Origin: Podarcis pityusensis
Taxonomy: Eukaryota
Assembly: GCA_964106645.2 (NCBI GenBank)
Contig: CAXKZF020000028.1
Length of the DNA: 64,000 nt
Strand: one strand, 5' to 3'
The position numbers were made by a program, and so were the translations under genes. This document shows positions 19,706 through 29,348 of this stretch, piece after piece. Position 1 is the first letter of the stretch. Every line of letters begins with the position of its first letter. The notes beneath the pieces were generated by a model, which saw nothing but the letters and a program-made list of their open reading frames with translations, was not told where the DNA came from and did not search any database.

Positions 19706-20701
19706 GTGGGTGTCGTTGTCGCCTCTGCAGCGCCGCTGCCACCGCCGCCGGCGCCGGTGCCGTGGCCTGGGGTCGCGGCGATGACGTGGACAGGTTGGGA
19801 CGGGTCAGAGTTCGACCTGCTCGACCCGACCATGTCCGGGGTGATGCTCGTGCAGGACGGTCTGCGTGGGTTGAACATGCCCGCTTTCACGAGGTACACA
19901 TCGAAGGCTCCCGGTGTCGCTGGGGCCAGGTGGCGCGGGTTCAGCACCGACGAGCGTGACGTGTTCTGGCCGACGCTGATGTGGTCCAAGGACGGCACTG
20001 AGGATTGGCTGGTCAAGGATTCCGCGTTCTGGCGGACCATGCGCCCCGACATGGTCGGCGCGTGGACGATCTCGACGGTGACGGGGTCCCGGTCCCTGAT
20101 GCTGCGGTTCGCGGACGACGGGGACCACTCGTTCCCCGCGGACCCGCTGCGGCGCGGCTGGTCGGTGTACGGGATTCGGTTGGTCGCTGAGCAACCGTAC
20201 TGGGAGGGTTCGACGGTCAGCTACCAGTGGGCTGACGGGGAGCAGCGACCGTTCCTGCCTGGGCCGCCGTTCTACATCGGAGGGTCTGTCGCGCTCGCGT
20301 CAGCGACGATGACGAACGACGGTGACGTCGACGCGTACCCGGTGTGGCAGCTGTTCGGGCCGTCGACCACGGCCGTGTTGGGGTTCGACGGTGACCTGAT
20401 CGAGGTGCCGTTCGACATCGAGGACGGGGACGTCCTGACGATCGATACCCGACCCGACCAGCAGACAGCGATCCTGTCGGACGGGACCGACAGGACAGGT
20501 GACCTCGGCGCGGTGTCCTTCGCGCCGATCCCTGCCGGGGGACGTAAAGAGTTGAGCTTGTCGATGACGGGCGGAGGGACCGCGGCCGCGTCGTTGACTC
20601 CCCTGTTTTTCCGGGCGTGGGGCACGACCGGCCCTGCCGAATGGACCGGTGAACCGGCCGTGCCGGACTGGTGGGTCGCCGACGGGCTAGGCAATGGCTG
20701 A
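19706..20701 (+). CDS. Distal tail protein
   Basis: First gene after TMP; WTGWDGSEFDL, NDGDVDAYPVW, LTIDTRP. Confidence 0.85.
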   Translation: MGVVVASAAPLPPPPAPVPWPGVAAMTWTGWDGSEFDLLDPTMSGVMLVQDGLRGLNMPAFTRYTSKAPGVAGARWRGFSTDERDVFWPTLMWSKDGTEDWLVKDSAFWRTMRPDMVGAWTISTVTGSRSLMLRFADDGDHSFPADPLRRGWSVYGIRLVAEQPYWEGSTVSYQWADGEQRPFLPGPPFYIGGSVALASATMTNDGDVDAYPVWQLFGPSTTAVLGFDGDLIEVPFDIEDGDVLTIDTRPDQQTAILSDGTDRTGDLGAVSFAPIPAGGRKELSLSMTGGGTAAASLTPLFFRAWGTTGPAEWTGEPAVPDWWVADGLGNG

Positions 20702-21854
20702 CCTGAAATGCCCGTTCCAGTTGACGGTGTACAGCTCAGAGATGCGACGCCGCGGATGGATCGGTGCACCGTTGAAGGTGGACGCGCACCCGCGGCACAA
20801 CTCGGCCGGGTACGTCGTCGTCGACGTCGACGCTGACCACCCCCGCGTCCCAGACCTGGTCGCGGCGGGCGCGCGGATGCGCATCGACTACGACGGGCAG
20901 TTCCTCATGTCGGGGCGGGTCGGTCGGATCACCGGAAAGGGCCCAGCAGCGCAAGCGACCGTGTCGGTGACGGTGGAGGACGACTTCCGGTTACTGCAGC
21001 GACTGTTGGGATGGCCGAACCCGACCGGTTCGATCGCGCAGCAGGGCGCGGCGACCGCGTACGACACGAAGACCGGGCCGGCTGAAACGGTGTTGAAGTG
21101 GTTCGTTTCCCGCAACGCGGGCCGGTCACGCCCGCCCGTGCAGGTCGCCGCGGACGCGGGACGTGGCGCGGCGATCACGGTGTCGATGCGGATGCACCCG
21201 CTCGCGGACCGATTGTTCCCCGCGGTCGACCAGGCCGGGATCGGTGTGCAGGTACGGCAGGAGGGTGCCGTGCTGGTCGTGGATTGTTACCAGCCGGTCC
21301 ACCGCCGCCAACTGTTGACCGAACGGTCTGGGATTGTCGTGGACTGGGCGTGGTCATCGTCCGCGCCGACCGCGACCGACGTCATCGTCGCCGGCGCCGG
21401 TGAGGGCACGGCCCGTGAGTTCCTGGCCGTGTCAGACCCGACGCGCCGCGACCAGTGGGGTGAATCCGTGGAGGTCTCACGGGACGCCCGCGACGTCGGC
21501 GGTGAACCCGCTGAAGGTGAACCCGCCGTCGACCCTGTCCCTGTCCTGACCGAACGAGGCCGGGAAACCCTCACCGACGGCGCGCCGACGACGGGTATCA
21601 CGTTGACGTTGGCGGAGTCGAAGGGGTGGCGGTACGGCAAATCGGTCCGTGTCGGTGACCTCGTCACCACCCAGATCGCGCCGGGCACCGCGATCACGGA
21701 CGTGCTGCGGGAAGCGTCGATCCAATGGACCCGCGACGGCGGCCTCGAAGTGACCCCGATCGTCGGTGAACGCACCGACGACCCGTCGGTGACGCTACGC
21801 CAAACCATCAACGCCATCACGAGGTCGATACGTGACCTCCGAGTAGGGAGGTGA
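20694..21854 (+). CDS. Minor tail (baseplate hub-like) protein
   Basis: GPAETVLKWFV, VAGAGEGTAR, VGDLVT; position. Confidence 0.85.
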   Translation: MADLKCPFQLTVYSSEMRRRGWIGAPLKVDAHPRHNSAGYVVVDVDADHPRVPDLVAAGARMRIDYDGQFLMSGRVGRITGKGPAAQATVSVTVEDDFRLLQRLLGWPNPTGSIAQQGAATAYDTKTGPAETVLKWFVSRNAGRSRPPVQVAADAGRGAAITVSMRMHPLADRLFPAVDQAGIGVQVRQEGAVLVVDCYQPVHRRQLLTERSGIVVDWAWSSSAPTATDVIVAGAGEGTAREFLAVSDPTRRDQWGESVEVSRDARDVGGEPAEGEPAVDPVPVLTERGRETLTDGAPTTGITLTLAESKGWRYGKSVRVGDLVTTQIAPGTAITDVLREASIQWTRDGGLEVTPIVGERTDDPSVTLRQTINAITRSIRDLRVGR

Positions 21855-21858
21855 CCTG

Positions 21859-22743
21859 TTGTCGATCAGCTCACGCGGTTACGGGAACGACGAAGTCGCA
21901 GAGGCCGAATGGGCGCAGTTAGCTGGGAACATCGGGTGCCCGTACACGTACTCCAGCGCGGAAGCGTTACGGCCGTATCCGGCTGCGGGCGTGGACCGGG
22001 GTGTCGCGTTCATGTCGGGAACCACGTACGGGTGGGGTGTCATGGACGCGTTCTCGAACGAGAGCATGCAACTGCCGACGGTGTCGTCGGGGTCGCAACA
22101 GTTCATGTGTGTCGCGCGGCGCCGTTGGGGTGCCGGGCAGCGAACCACCACCTTGGAGTCGCTGCTCATGTCGGGCGCGAGCCCGGTTGGGCGGTCAACG
22201 TCACCAGGCGCGGTCGATGACCAGCCGTTGTGTCTGGCGTCGGTGACGGCGGGTTCGTCGGCGGTGACGAACATCGTGGACTTGCGGACGTTCGCGGCGA
22301 AGGCGTACTACGTCCCGAACTTGAACGCGGCGCTACTTGACCCGCAGCTCGGCGCCCGGTACGTGCTGCCGACCGGGGACCGGTACATAGCGATGCTGTC
22401 CGGTGCGGGGACAGTGCAGGTCGTCCCGGAGAAGCAACCGGACGCGCCGGTAATCCCGACAATCCCCAGGGTCAGGACAGGGGTCGCGACGAACGTGAAG
22501 TTCTCAACGACGGGGTGGGCGACGATCGACCACAACTTGGGGTACACGCCGTCATTTTTCTCCGTGCACTACCGGAACTTGACGTCCTCGACGCTGGTCC
22601 TGTTGAACGTCGGGTCGGACTCGGCGAGTGTCACGAACACGCAAGCCACGATCATCGCGAAACGCGCTGAACGGGGCGCAGTGGATACGTGGGTGCCCTA
22701 CGCGAGCGGGTTAGCGCACATCGACTGGTTGGCGGTGGGTTGA
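21859..22743 (+). CDS. Minor tail protein
   Basis: SRGY..EAEWAQL..DDQPL..IVDLR. Confidence 0.75.
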   Translation: MSISSRGYGNDEVAEAEWAQLAGNIGCPYTYSSAEALRPYPAAGVDRGVAFMSGTTYGWGVMDAFSNESMQLPTVSSGSQQFMCVARRRWGAGQRTTTLESLLMSGASPVGRSTSPGAVDDQPLCLASVTAGSSAVTNIVDLRTFAAKAYYVPNLNAALLDPQLGARYVLPTGDRYIAMLSGAGTVQVVPEKQPDAPVIPTIPRVRTGVATNVKFSTTGWATIDHNLGYTPSFFSVHYRNLTSSTLVLLNVGSDSASVTNTQATIIAKRAERGAVDTWVPYASGLAHIDWLAVG

Positions 22744-22744
22744 C

Positions 22745-23215
22745 ATGGCCGAGTTCGCATACAACCACTACTTCGTCGTCTACGACTGGCAGACCGGCAC
22801 GCTGCAGTCGAACCGGTCGGACGGGAAACTCGTCGACGACCTCGGCGTCGAACACCCAGTGTTCGACATCAACGGGTTGCAGGTGCCGTTACGGACCGGG
22901 CCGGCTGGGGTCATCGAGAACTTCACCAGCGACATCAGTCATGGCGCGGCCGTGTTCGGGCAGGTCCGCACGTCGGTGTCGTCAGACGCGGCGATGGACG
23001 GCGCGGACGCCGCGAAGAAAGCGCAAGCGGCCGTCGAGTCCGTCGCAGCGTCCGTGGCGTACATCGCGGAAAACGCGACCGAAGTGTCTTACGTGTACCG
23101 CGGCGCGGACGGTGACGTGTACGTGTCGGACACCCCGATCCCGGTCGACCTGGGCGGCGGGAAACTCCGCATCGACGAAATCACTGGTGACGTGTACGTC
23201 GACTTCACGCTCTGA
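22745..23215 (+). CDS. Minor tail protein
   Basis: Position; repeated DGDVYV motif. Confidence 0.65.
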   Translation: MAEFAYNHYFVVYDWQTGTLQSNRSDGKLVDDLGVEHPVFDINGLQVPLRTGPAGVIENFTSDISHGAAVFGQVRTSVSSDAAMDGADAAKKAQAAVESVAASVAYIAENATEVSYVYRGADGDVYVSDTPIPVDLGGGKLRIDEITGDVYVDFTL

Positions 23216-23274
23216 CCCGTTGCTGTTCGGCCGCGTCGGACGCGGCCTGTCTACTCCCCGGGAAGGGGCCCCTG

Positions 23275-26154
23275 ATGGTTGAGAAGCTGGTGCTTGCGTC
23301 GCAGGTTGACGCGTTGATGGCGTCGTTGGCTACGCAAGGATCGACGGCGTTCCGTAAAGCGTTGGATGCGCTGCTCCCCCAGGCGGGCACGGTCCCGGCT
23401 GGCGTGATGACGGGGGTGAAGCAACGCGTCGACGGGTCGTGGGCGAACCCGCCTCGGGACCCGACGTCCGCGTTCCGCCTGTTCCAGTCCAGTGGCGCCC
23501 GAACCGACGCCCCCACCTACGCGGACGGGTTGCGCCCGGACGACCTGTGGCTATCCAGTCTGGGGCTGAAGCGTGCGACGGTGGTGCCGCAGTCGACGTC
23601 TGCGTCGGTGACGTGGGAAACGGTCGGGACCGGCGCCGGCACCAGCGGGGGTGGTGGTGGGACGACGAACCCGCCGACGCCGACGGGTGACACGTCAGTG
23701 CCGTCGCCGACGTCTCGGCCGTACGCGCTGCTCGGGACCGTCGGGACGTGGACGACCTCCGCCGGTAAAACACTCATGCAAACGTTGACTGATCAGGCGC
23801 CGTCCGCGGCGACCGGTCAACCTGACTCCGCGTCGACGGGGGTCGCGCTCGTCCTGGACATGGGTAACTTCGCGCACACCCTCGGGAACGACCTGACCGT
23901 CACGTTGTGGGCGGCCAGCGCGCTGATGGCTGGTGACGTGTCGGTGTCGTTGGGTTACCAGGGGTCGTCGTATGTCGCGCCGTCGGTAAAGCAGGTCGGG
24001 GGCTCGCCGGCAACGTTGGCTTTCACGTGGCCCGCTGACGCGCAGCTCGTCCTGCCGACGTCGACGTGGCGGGACGTGGAGTTGACGGTGTCCCGGTCTC
24101 GGGGTGACTTGACGGTCGGGGACGTGACGTTGCAGTCGTTGCCTGCCGCGGTCGTGGTGCCGCCTGGTAGCGGCACCACGGACCCGGCGACCGCGCAGTG
24201 GCAGACCGGGTCGGTCTGGTATTCGGTGGTGTCGGCAGCTCCTGCCGCGAAGGCGTCCGCGGCGGTCGTCGCGTACGTGCGGGGGCAGGCCGTCAACGGG
24301 TTGCGGTTGGACTGCTACAGCGACGCCGCGCCGATCTGGACGGCGGAGGCCACGACGGGCCGCGTCAACGTCACCCCGCTGGCGTCGAACCGTGGCGCGG
24401 CAACGTTGATGCACACCAGCGACGGCAAGGGCGCCCTAGACGCGGTCCCGGTCCCAGCGTCGATGACGGCACCGACGAACCTGTTCAAAACTGCGGTGAT
24501 CTACTCGTTGGCGACTCGGGAGATGTGGGAGTTCCTGGGGTTGACGAAGACGGGCACGACGTGGGCGGCGGAGTGGGGCGGGAAAATCGCTGACACGGCC
24601 GCGTCGACGGGTGCGTTCCCGGCCGGGACCGGGTACACCGGGTCCGGGTTGGCGTGGTCCGCGGCGGCCGTGAAGGTGTCCGAAGCTCGCGCCGCAGCGA
24701 ACGGGAACGTCACCGCGATCCCTCACGCTGTCGGGTTGAACCTGCAGTATGACTCGGCGTCGCCGTCGTTCTGCTGGCCCGCGACCCGCTCCGATGGGAC
24801 GTCCTCAGATGCGGGCGCCCCGCGGATGGGGCAACGCCTACGGTTGAAGGCATCGTTTGATGTCGCGGCGTCGTCGTTGACCCCGGTCGGTAAAGCGGTC
24901 GCGAAGGCGATGCAGACGTACGGCGCGGTCGTGATGGGTGGCGCGGACAAACTGTCGATCCTCGCTGAGTCCGGCGCACCCGAACAGGTCAAGACGGGCG
25001 TCGACCCGTGGGGTTCGATCCTCGCCGGGAAAACCGTAGACACCGTCCTCGCCGGTCTGCCGTTGGACCAGTTGGAGGCTGTGTCACCTGGGTGGGGTGG
25101 GCCGAACTGGCGGGTCGAGGACGCCACCACACCGACGACGCCGACGACGCCGACGACGCCGCAGGGCTCGAACCGTCGAGCGATCTACATCGACGCCGGC
25201 CAGACATGGTTGTCGGGTGCGTCGTGCCGCGGCATCGAGAAGTCATCGGAAGGGATGGGGTCGGCGTACGCGCAATGGCGCGGGGAACCCTGCTACATGG
25301 GCCGCACGTGGGCGGACAGGGGCGGACCTGGCGACGGCAACGACCCTGACATCGCGTCGCTGTTCATCGGGTGGGGGAACTGGCACGCATCCATCGACGT
25401 CGGGATGGGGTTCATCGGGCGCGGTGAGTCGATGTCGTCCGCGGCGTCCGGCGCGTACGACGCCCGCTGGAAAGCGACCCTGTTGAAGTACCGGTCGTGG
25501 TGGACGACGCGCCGCGACCCCTCGAAGGTGAACCCGTTCCTGTCACCGGCGCACGAGATGAACGGGAACTGGTATCCGTGGTCGGTGAACTCGGGGAACG
25601 TCTCGAACTTCATCACGGCGTGGAAGAGGCTGCGGTCGTTACAGCTCACCCATTTCCCGGAAGCGTTGCTGTGCTTCAACGCCAACCGGGACACGGCCGG
25701 GTCCGACATGGACTGGCGCAAAATGGTTCCCGGTTACACGGAGGGCGGCGCGGCCGCGATCAAACAGTGGGTCGACGTCGGCGGCGTCGACTACTACAAC
25801 ATGGACCCGAACGCGCGAACCGCCAGCGACTTCGCGTCGCACATCATGCAGAACGACGGGTGGGGCGCACCGAAGGGCCTGGAACGGCACCGCCAGTTCT
25901 GGGCCGCGGCGGGCCTGCCCATGCAGATCCCGGAATGGTCGAACAACAAGAGCCAGGGCGATTCGGCTGCGTTCGCGGTCGGCATGAACGACTTCATGCG
26001 CGCCAACGCTGGGACCGGCGCAGGGAAGGTCGTCGCGGACGCCTTGTTCAACTTGTCCACCGGGTACGACAACGGCCAATACGCCGTGATGGGTGACACC
26101 GTCGGGTCCCCTCAGTTCGCCGCGAAGTACCAACAGCTCGTGTGGGGGCGGTGA
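23275..26154 (+). CDS. Multidomain tail appendage: unknown central domain plus C-terminal GH26-like glycoside hydrolase
   Basis: HEMNGNWYPW, VDVGGVDYY, IPEW motifs; Thr/Pro linkers. Confidence 0.8.
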   Translation: MVEKLVLASQVDALMASLATQGSTAFRKALDALLPQAGTVPAGVMTGVKQRVDGSWANPPRDPTSAFRLFQSSGARTDAPTYADGLRPDDLWLSSLGLKRATVVPQSTSASVTWETVGTGAGTSGGGGGTTNPPTPTGDTSVPSPTSRPYALLGTVGTWTTSAGKTLMQTLTDQAPSAATGQPDSASTGVALVLDMGNFAHTLGNDLTVTLWAASALMAGDVSVSLGYQGSSYVAPSVKQVGGSPATLAFTWPADAQLVLPTSTWRDVELTVSRSRGDLTVGDVTLQSLPAAVVVPPGSGTTDPATAQWQTGSVWYSVVSAAPAAKASAAVVAYVRGQAVNGLRLDCYSDAAPIWTAEATTGRVNVTPLASNRGAATLMHTSDGKGALDAVPVPASMTAPTNLFKTAVIYSLATREMWEFLGLTKTGTTWAAEWGGKIADTAASTGAFPAGTGYTGSGLAWSAAAVKVSEARAAANGNVTAIPHAVGLNLQYDSASPSFCWPATRSDGTSSDAGAPRMGQRLRLKASFDVAASSLTPVGKAVAKAMQTYGAVVMGGADKLSILAESGAPEQVKTGVDPWGSILAGKTVDTVLAGLPLDQLEAVSPGWGGPNWRVEDATTPTTPTTPTTPQGSNRRAIYIDAGQTWLSGASCRGIEKSSEGMGSAYAQWRGEPCYMGRTWADRGGPGDGNDPDIASLFIGWGNWHASIDVGMGFIGRGESMSSAASGAYDARWKATLLKYRSWWTTRRDPSKVNPFLSPAHEMNGNWYPWSVNSGNVSNFITAWKRLRSLQLTHFPEALLCFNANRDTAGSDMDWRKMVPGYTEGGAAAIKQWVDVGGVDYYNMDPNARTASDFASHIMQNDGWGAPKGLERHRQFWAAAGLPMQIPEWSNNKSQGDSAAFAVGMNDFMRANAGTGAGKVVADALFNLSTGYDNGQYAVMGDTVGSPQFAAKYQQLVWGR

Positions 26155-27119
26155 TGGCGACGAAACGCACTGAACGGCTCATCACGTGGACCACGTTCGA
26201 CGTCGCGTTGCAGCAGGTGTTGCTGATTCCGGGTGGTCTCGCTCGGCGCGTGGTCGAGTCGATGATCGCCGTGTCGGGCGGGACCGGTGGCGTGTCTGCT
26301 GCGGACAAGTCGGCCTTGGTCGCTGTTCGGCGACGCACCACCACGGACGAAGCAGCGCCGACAGACGCGAACTGGTCGGCCCGCCCGGCCGGGTTCGGCC
26401 TGGTCATGGCTGTCGGCGCGGCTCCCGCGCCGGTAGACGCGCTCCCTGGGGACCTGCACATCCTCCCCCCGCCCGGCGCCGGGTTCACCGCGACGACGTC
26501 GTTCGCGTTGGCGGACGGTTCAGCGTGGCCGTCGCCGTGGGTGTTGGAACGCGTCGCCGCCGGCGGCAGCGCCACCGTGCAGGACGGGATGGGTGTCCTC
26601 ACGTCAGGCGCGCTGGGAGGGTACGCGGGCGCTGACATCGTCGCTGAACGTTTCGGTGAAGCAATCGCGGACAGTGACGTCTTGTTGTCGTTCCGTCTAC
26701 TCACCGACGAACCTCGGGTGTCGCTGGTGTTCCGGTCGAACAACGCGTCACTGGACCCCGCTCAGGGTGTCGTCGTGTCGTTGACCCCGTCTGGGGTATC
26801 CGCGGCGACGGTGTCGTCGTTCACGTACTCAACGGTAGGGAGCGTCACCCGACCTCACACGGTAGGCGCGGACTACCGGTGCCGGGTGTCCTTGATCGGT
26901 GGTGCGTTGCAGGTGCGGACGTGGAAGCTCGCCGACCCGGAACCCGAAACGTGGGACGTCACCGGGACCGTCCCGACCGGCGTCACCGGCTACCAGGGCA
27001 TCACTATCGGGTCTGGTGCTGCCGCGGCCGCGCAATCAGCGGCGTTCGATGACATCGCGTTCACCATCGGCGGCACCGGGTACGGCACCGCCTACGGCGT
27101 CGCCTACGGAATCAGCTAA
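26154..27119 (+). CDS. Minor tail protein with lectin-like beta-sandwich domain
   Basis: FALADGSAWPSPW..VRTW..EPETWDV; paralogous to the C-terminus of the next gene. Confidence 0.65.
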   Translation: MATKRTERLITWTTFDVALQQVLLIPGGLARRVVESMIAVSGGTGGVSAADKSALVAVRRRTTTDEAAPTDANWSARPAGFGLVMAVGAAPAPVDALPGDLHILPPPGAGFTATTSFALADGSAWPSPWVLERVAAGGSATVQDGMGVLTSGALGGYAGADIVAERFGEAIADSDVLLSFRLLTDEPRVSLVFRSNNASLDPAQGVVVSLTPSGVSAATVSSFTYSTVGSVTRPHTVGADYRCRVSLIGGALQVRTWKLADPEPETWDVTGTVPTGVTGYQGITIGSGAAAAAQSAAFDDIAFTIGGTGYGTAYGVAYGIS

Positions 27120-27128
27120 GGAGACCCG

Positions 27129-28376
27129 ATGGCTTACAAGCCTTTGCCGGCGACGAACCCGCCGTACCGGTCGGAGTGGGTAGGGACCGCGAACGACCTA
27201 CTCGACAATGTGCGGTCCCTGATCGTTGATGTTCCCGTTGTCCGAGCAGATTTGACGCAGGTGACGACGAGGGTGTCGTTGACGGAGAACACGGCGGCGG
27301 AGAACACGGCCGCTGTTGACGCGGTCAAGTCAGATGTGCGGTCCCTGTCGGGGCAGATCGCTGCCGCGTCGCAGTCCGCGTCGCAGGCGTCCACGTCAGC
27401 GGCGTCTGCGCAGACCGCAGCGCAAGGCGCGGCGACGTCGGCGAGCCAGTCCGCGTCGCAAGTCGCGGGCATGTCCTCCGCGGTGACGAACGCTACCGCC
27501 GACATTGCCGCGTTGAAGGCGGGTAAGGCGGACCGGTCAGGGTTGTCGACGGTCGCGTTCACGGGGAAGTGGGCGGACCTGATCGGTGCGCCCACGGGCG
27601 GGACAGGCGGCGGCGTCACCGTCGACACCCTCCCCCCAGGAACGAACGTGTTCACGACGTCCACGACGACCCGCCCCACTACCCGCACCGACATTCGGGT
27701 GACGTGGTTGACGCCGACCCCGCCGGTCGCGTTGATGCTGCCGGTGGACGTGTGGGAACCGACGGCCGTGTCACCCGGCACCGCGCCCGACGCGCCAGGG
27801 ATGACGTTCACCGCCGCGGACGGGTCCGCGTGGCCCCAACCGTGGGCGCCAGCACAAACCCCAGCAGGTGGCGGCGCGACCGTGCAAGGTGGCCGCGGCC
27901 GTCTCGTCACCGGCGCGACAGGCGGATACTCCGGCGGCGACACGGTCGCGATGCGGTACGGCGTCGCCGCGAACATCGAAGCAACGTTCACGTTCCAACT
28001 CGTCACGAATGACGTGTTCCCCCGGTTCGTGATGCGCTCCGACCAAGCGTCCCTAGACCCCGGTACGGGCGTCGTCATCGGCTGGTCAAAAACGAGCGTC
28101 GACGTCACTAACGTCGCCGGGTACGCGTACTCGACCGCAGCGACCCAACCGAAAACGCACACCGCCGGCCTCGACTACCGGATGCGGGTGTCCGCGCAAG
28201 CCGGGGCAGTCAAAGCACGGACCTGGCCCACGAGCGGGACAGAACCATCGACGTGGGACGTCACCGCCACCACGCCAACCACCGCCGCCGGGTACCTCGG
28301 GTTCGCGGTCGGGTCCGGGAACGCCGCGACCTCCCAAACCATGACCGTCGACGACGTCACCCTCACCACGAGCTGA
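27129..28376 (+). CDS. Tail fibre-like protein (Ala/Ser coiled coil plus lectin-like domain)
   Basis: LSTVAFTGKWADL fibre motif; FTAADGSAWPQPW..ARTW..EPSTWDV. Confidence 0.7.
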   Translation: MAYKPLPATNPPYRSEWVGTANDLLDNVRSLIVDVPVVRADLTQVTTRVSLTENTAAENTAAVDAVKSDVRSLSGQIAAASQSASQASTSAASAQTAAQGAATSASQSASQVAGMSSAVTNATADIAALKAGKADRSGLSTVAFTGKWADLIGAPTGGTGGGVTVDTLPPGTNVFTTSTTTRPTTRTDIRVTWLTPTPPVALMLPVDVWEPTAVSPGTAPDAPGMTFTAADGSAWPQPWAPAQTPAGGGATVQGGRGRLVTGATGGYSGGDTVAMRYGVAANIEATFTFQLVTNDVFPRFVMRSDQASLDPGTGVVIGWSKTSVDVTNVAGYAYSTAATQPKTHTAGLDYRMRVSAQAGAVKARTWPTSGTEPSTWDVTATTPTTAAGYLGFAVGSGNAATSQTMTVDDVTLTTS

Positions 28377-28390
28377 ACAGGACCGACGTC

Positions 28391-29347
28391 ATGCCCTACA
28401 TTCAGATTCCGACGAAGCCGATCTACCGTTCGCCGCGCTGGGACACGTGGGGCGACGCGATCGACGCCGCTGTGCGGCAACTCATCACCGACGTTCCCGC
28501 CCTCACCTCGCAGGTCGGCGAGCTCGAAGCGGGCGGCGGTCCCGCGAACGGGCGGGGCGTGTTCGTGAAACCTGATTCGGCGTTGACGTGGCCGACGCAG
28601 AACCGCGCAGCAGGTGACACGCTGATGTGGTTGCGGGCATGGACAGACACTGTCCTCGCGCCGATCCCGACCGCCGCTGACGGGTACCTTCCCGGTGACC
28701 TCGTGTACCCGGTGTCGTCGTCGGAGACGCTACCGGGCGGGTCCGGGTCGGTGGGGACGTTGTTCTCCGACACCCTGAACGTGACCGCCGTGGCCCCGCT
28801 GGATGGGCGGGTCGGTGACGCCGCGCTCGGTGGTTCCGCGCCGACGTGGCGCGGCGACGTCACCGGCAACGCCTCCGCCGGCCGGGTGCAGGTGCGTCCC
28901 TCTACCGGGTTGGAGATGTACTCCAACGCCTACGCGGCGGTCACGTCACCGATGGTCCCAGCAGCCGCGAACATGCGGTTCACGTTCACCGTCACCGACC
29001 TACCCGAAGGCCACATCGGTGGGGTCGTGGTCCGCGGCACCACCTACAACTCGGCCGACACGGTCCGCATCAACATCAAGTCCGTGTCAGGCGCGCTCGC
29101 GGGGAGCATCATCGACCGCTCGACCGGGTCGACGGTGACGACGCAGCTCGGGTCGGCGCCGATCACGGCGGGCGGGACAACGGTCACGATCTCTGTGGTT
29201 GACGGGGTCGTCGCCGTGAACGTGGGCGGCGCGAACGCGTTGCCGTACACGATCCCTGCCGCCGCGATCCGGCTACCGACGTTCGCGCTGTTCGCGGACT
29301 GGTATTCGACGTTGTCGGTGCGGGACGTGAAAGTGGAGGTGATCTGA
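28391..29347 (+). CDS. Minor tail/receptor-binding protein
   Basis: N-terminus similar to the 27129 gene; beta-rich C-terminus. Confidence 0.6.
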   Translation: MPYIQIPTKPIYRSPRWDTWGDAIDAAVRQLITDVPALTSQVGELEAGGGPANGRGVFVKPDSALTWPTQNRAAGDTLMWLRAWTDTVLAPIPTAADGYLPGDLVYPVSSSETLPGGSGSVGTLFSDTLNVTAVAPLDGRVGDAALGGSAPTWRGDVTGNASAGRVQVRPSTGLEMYSNAYAAVTSPMVPAAANMRFTFTVTDLPEGHIGGVVVRGTTYNSADTVRINIKSVSGALAGSIIDRSTGSTVTTQLGSAPITAGGTTVTISVVDGVVAVNVGGANALPYTIPAAAIRLPTFALFADWYSTLSVRDVKVEVI

Positions 29348-29348
29348 C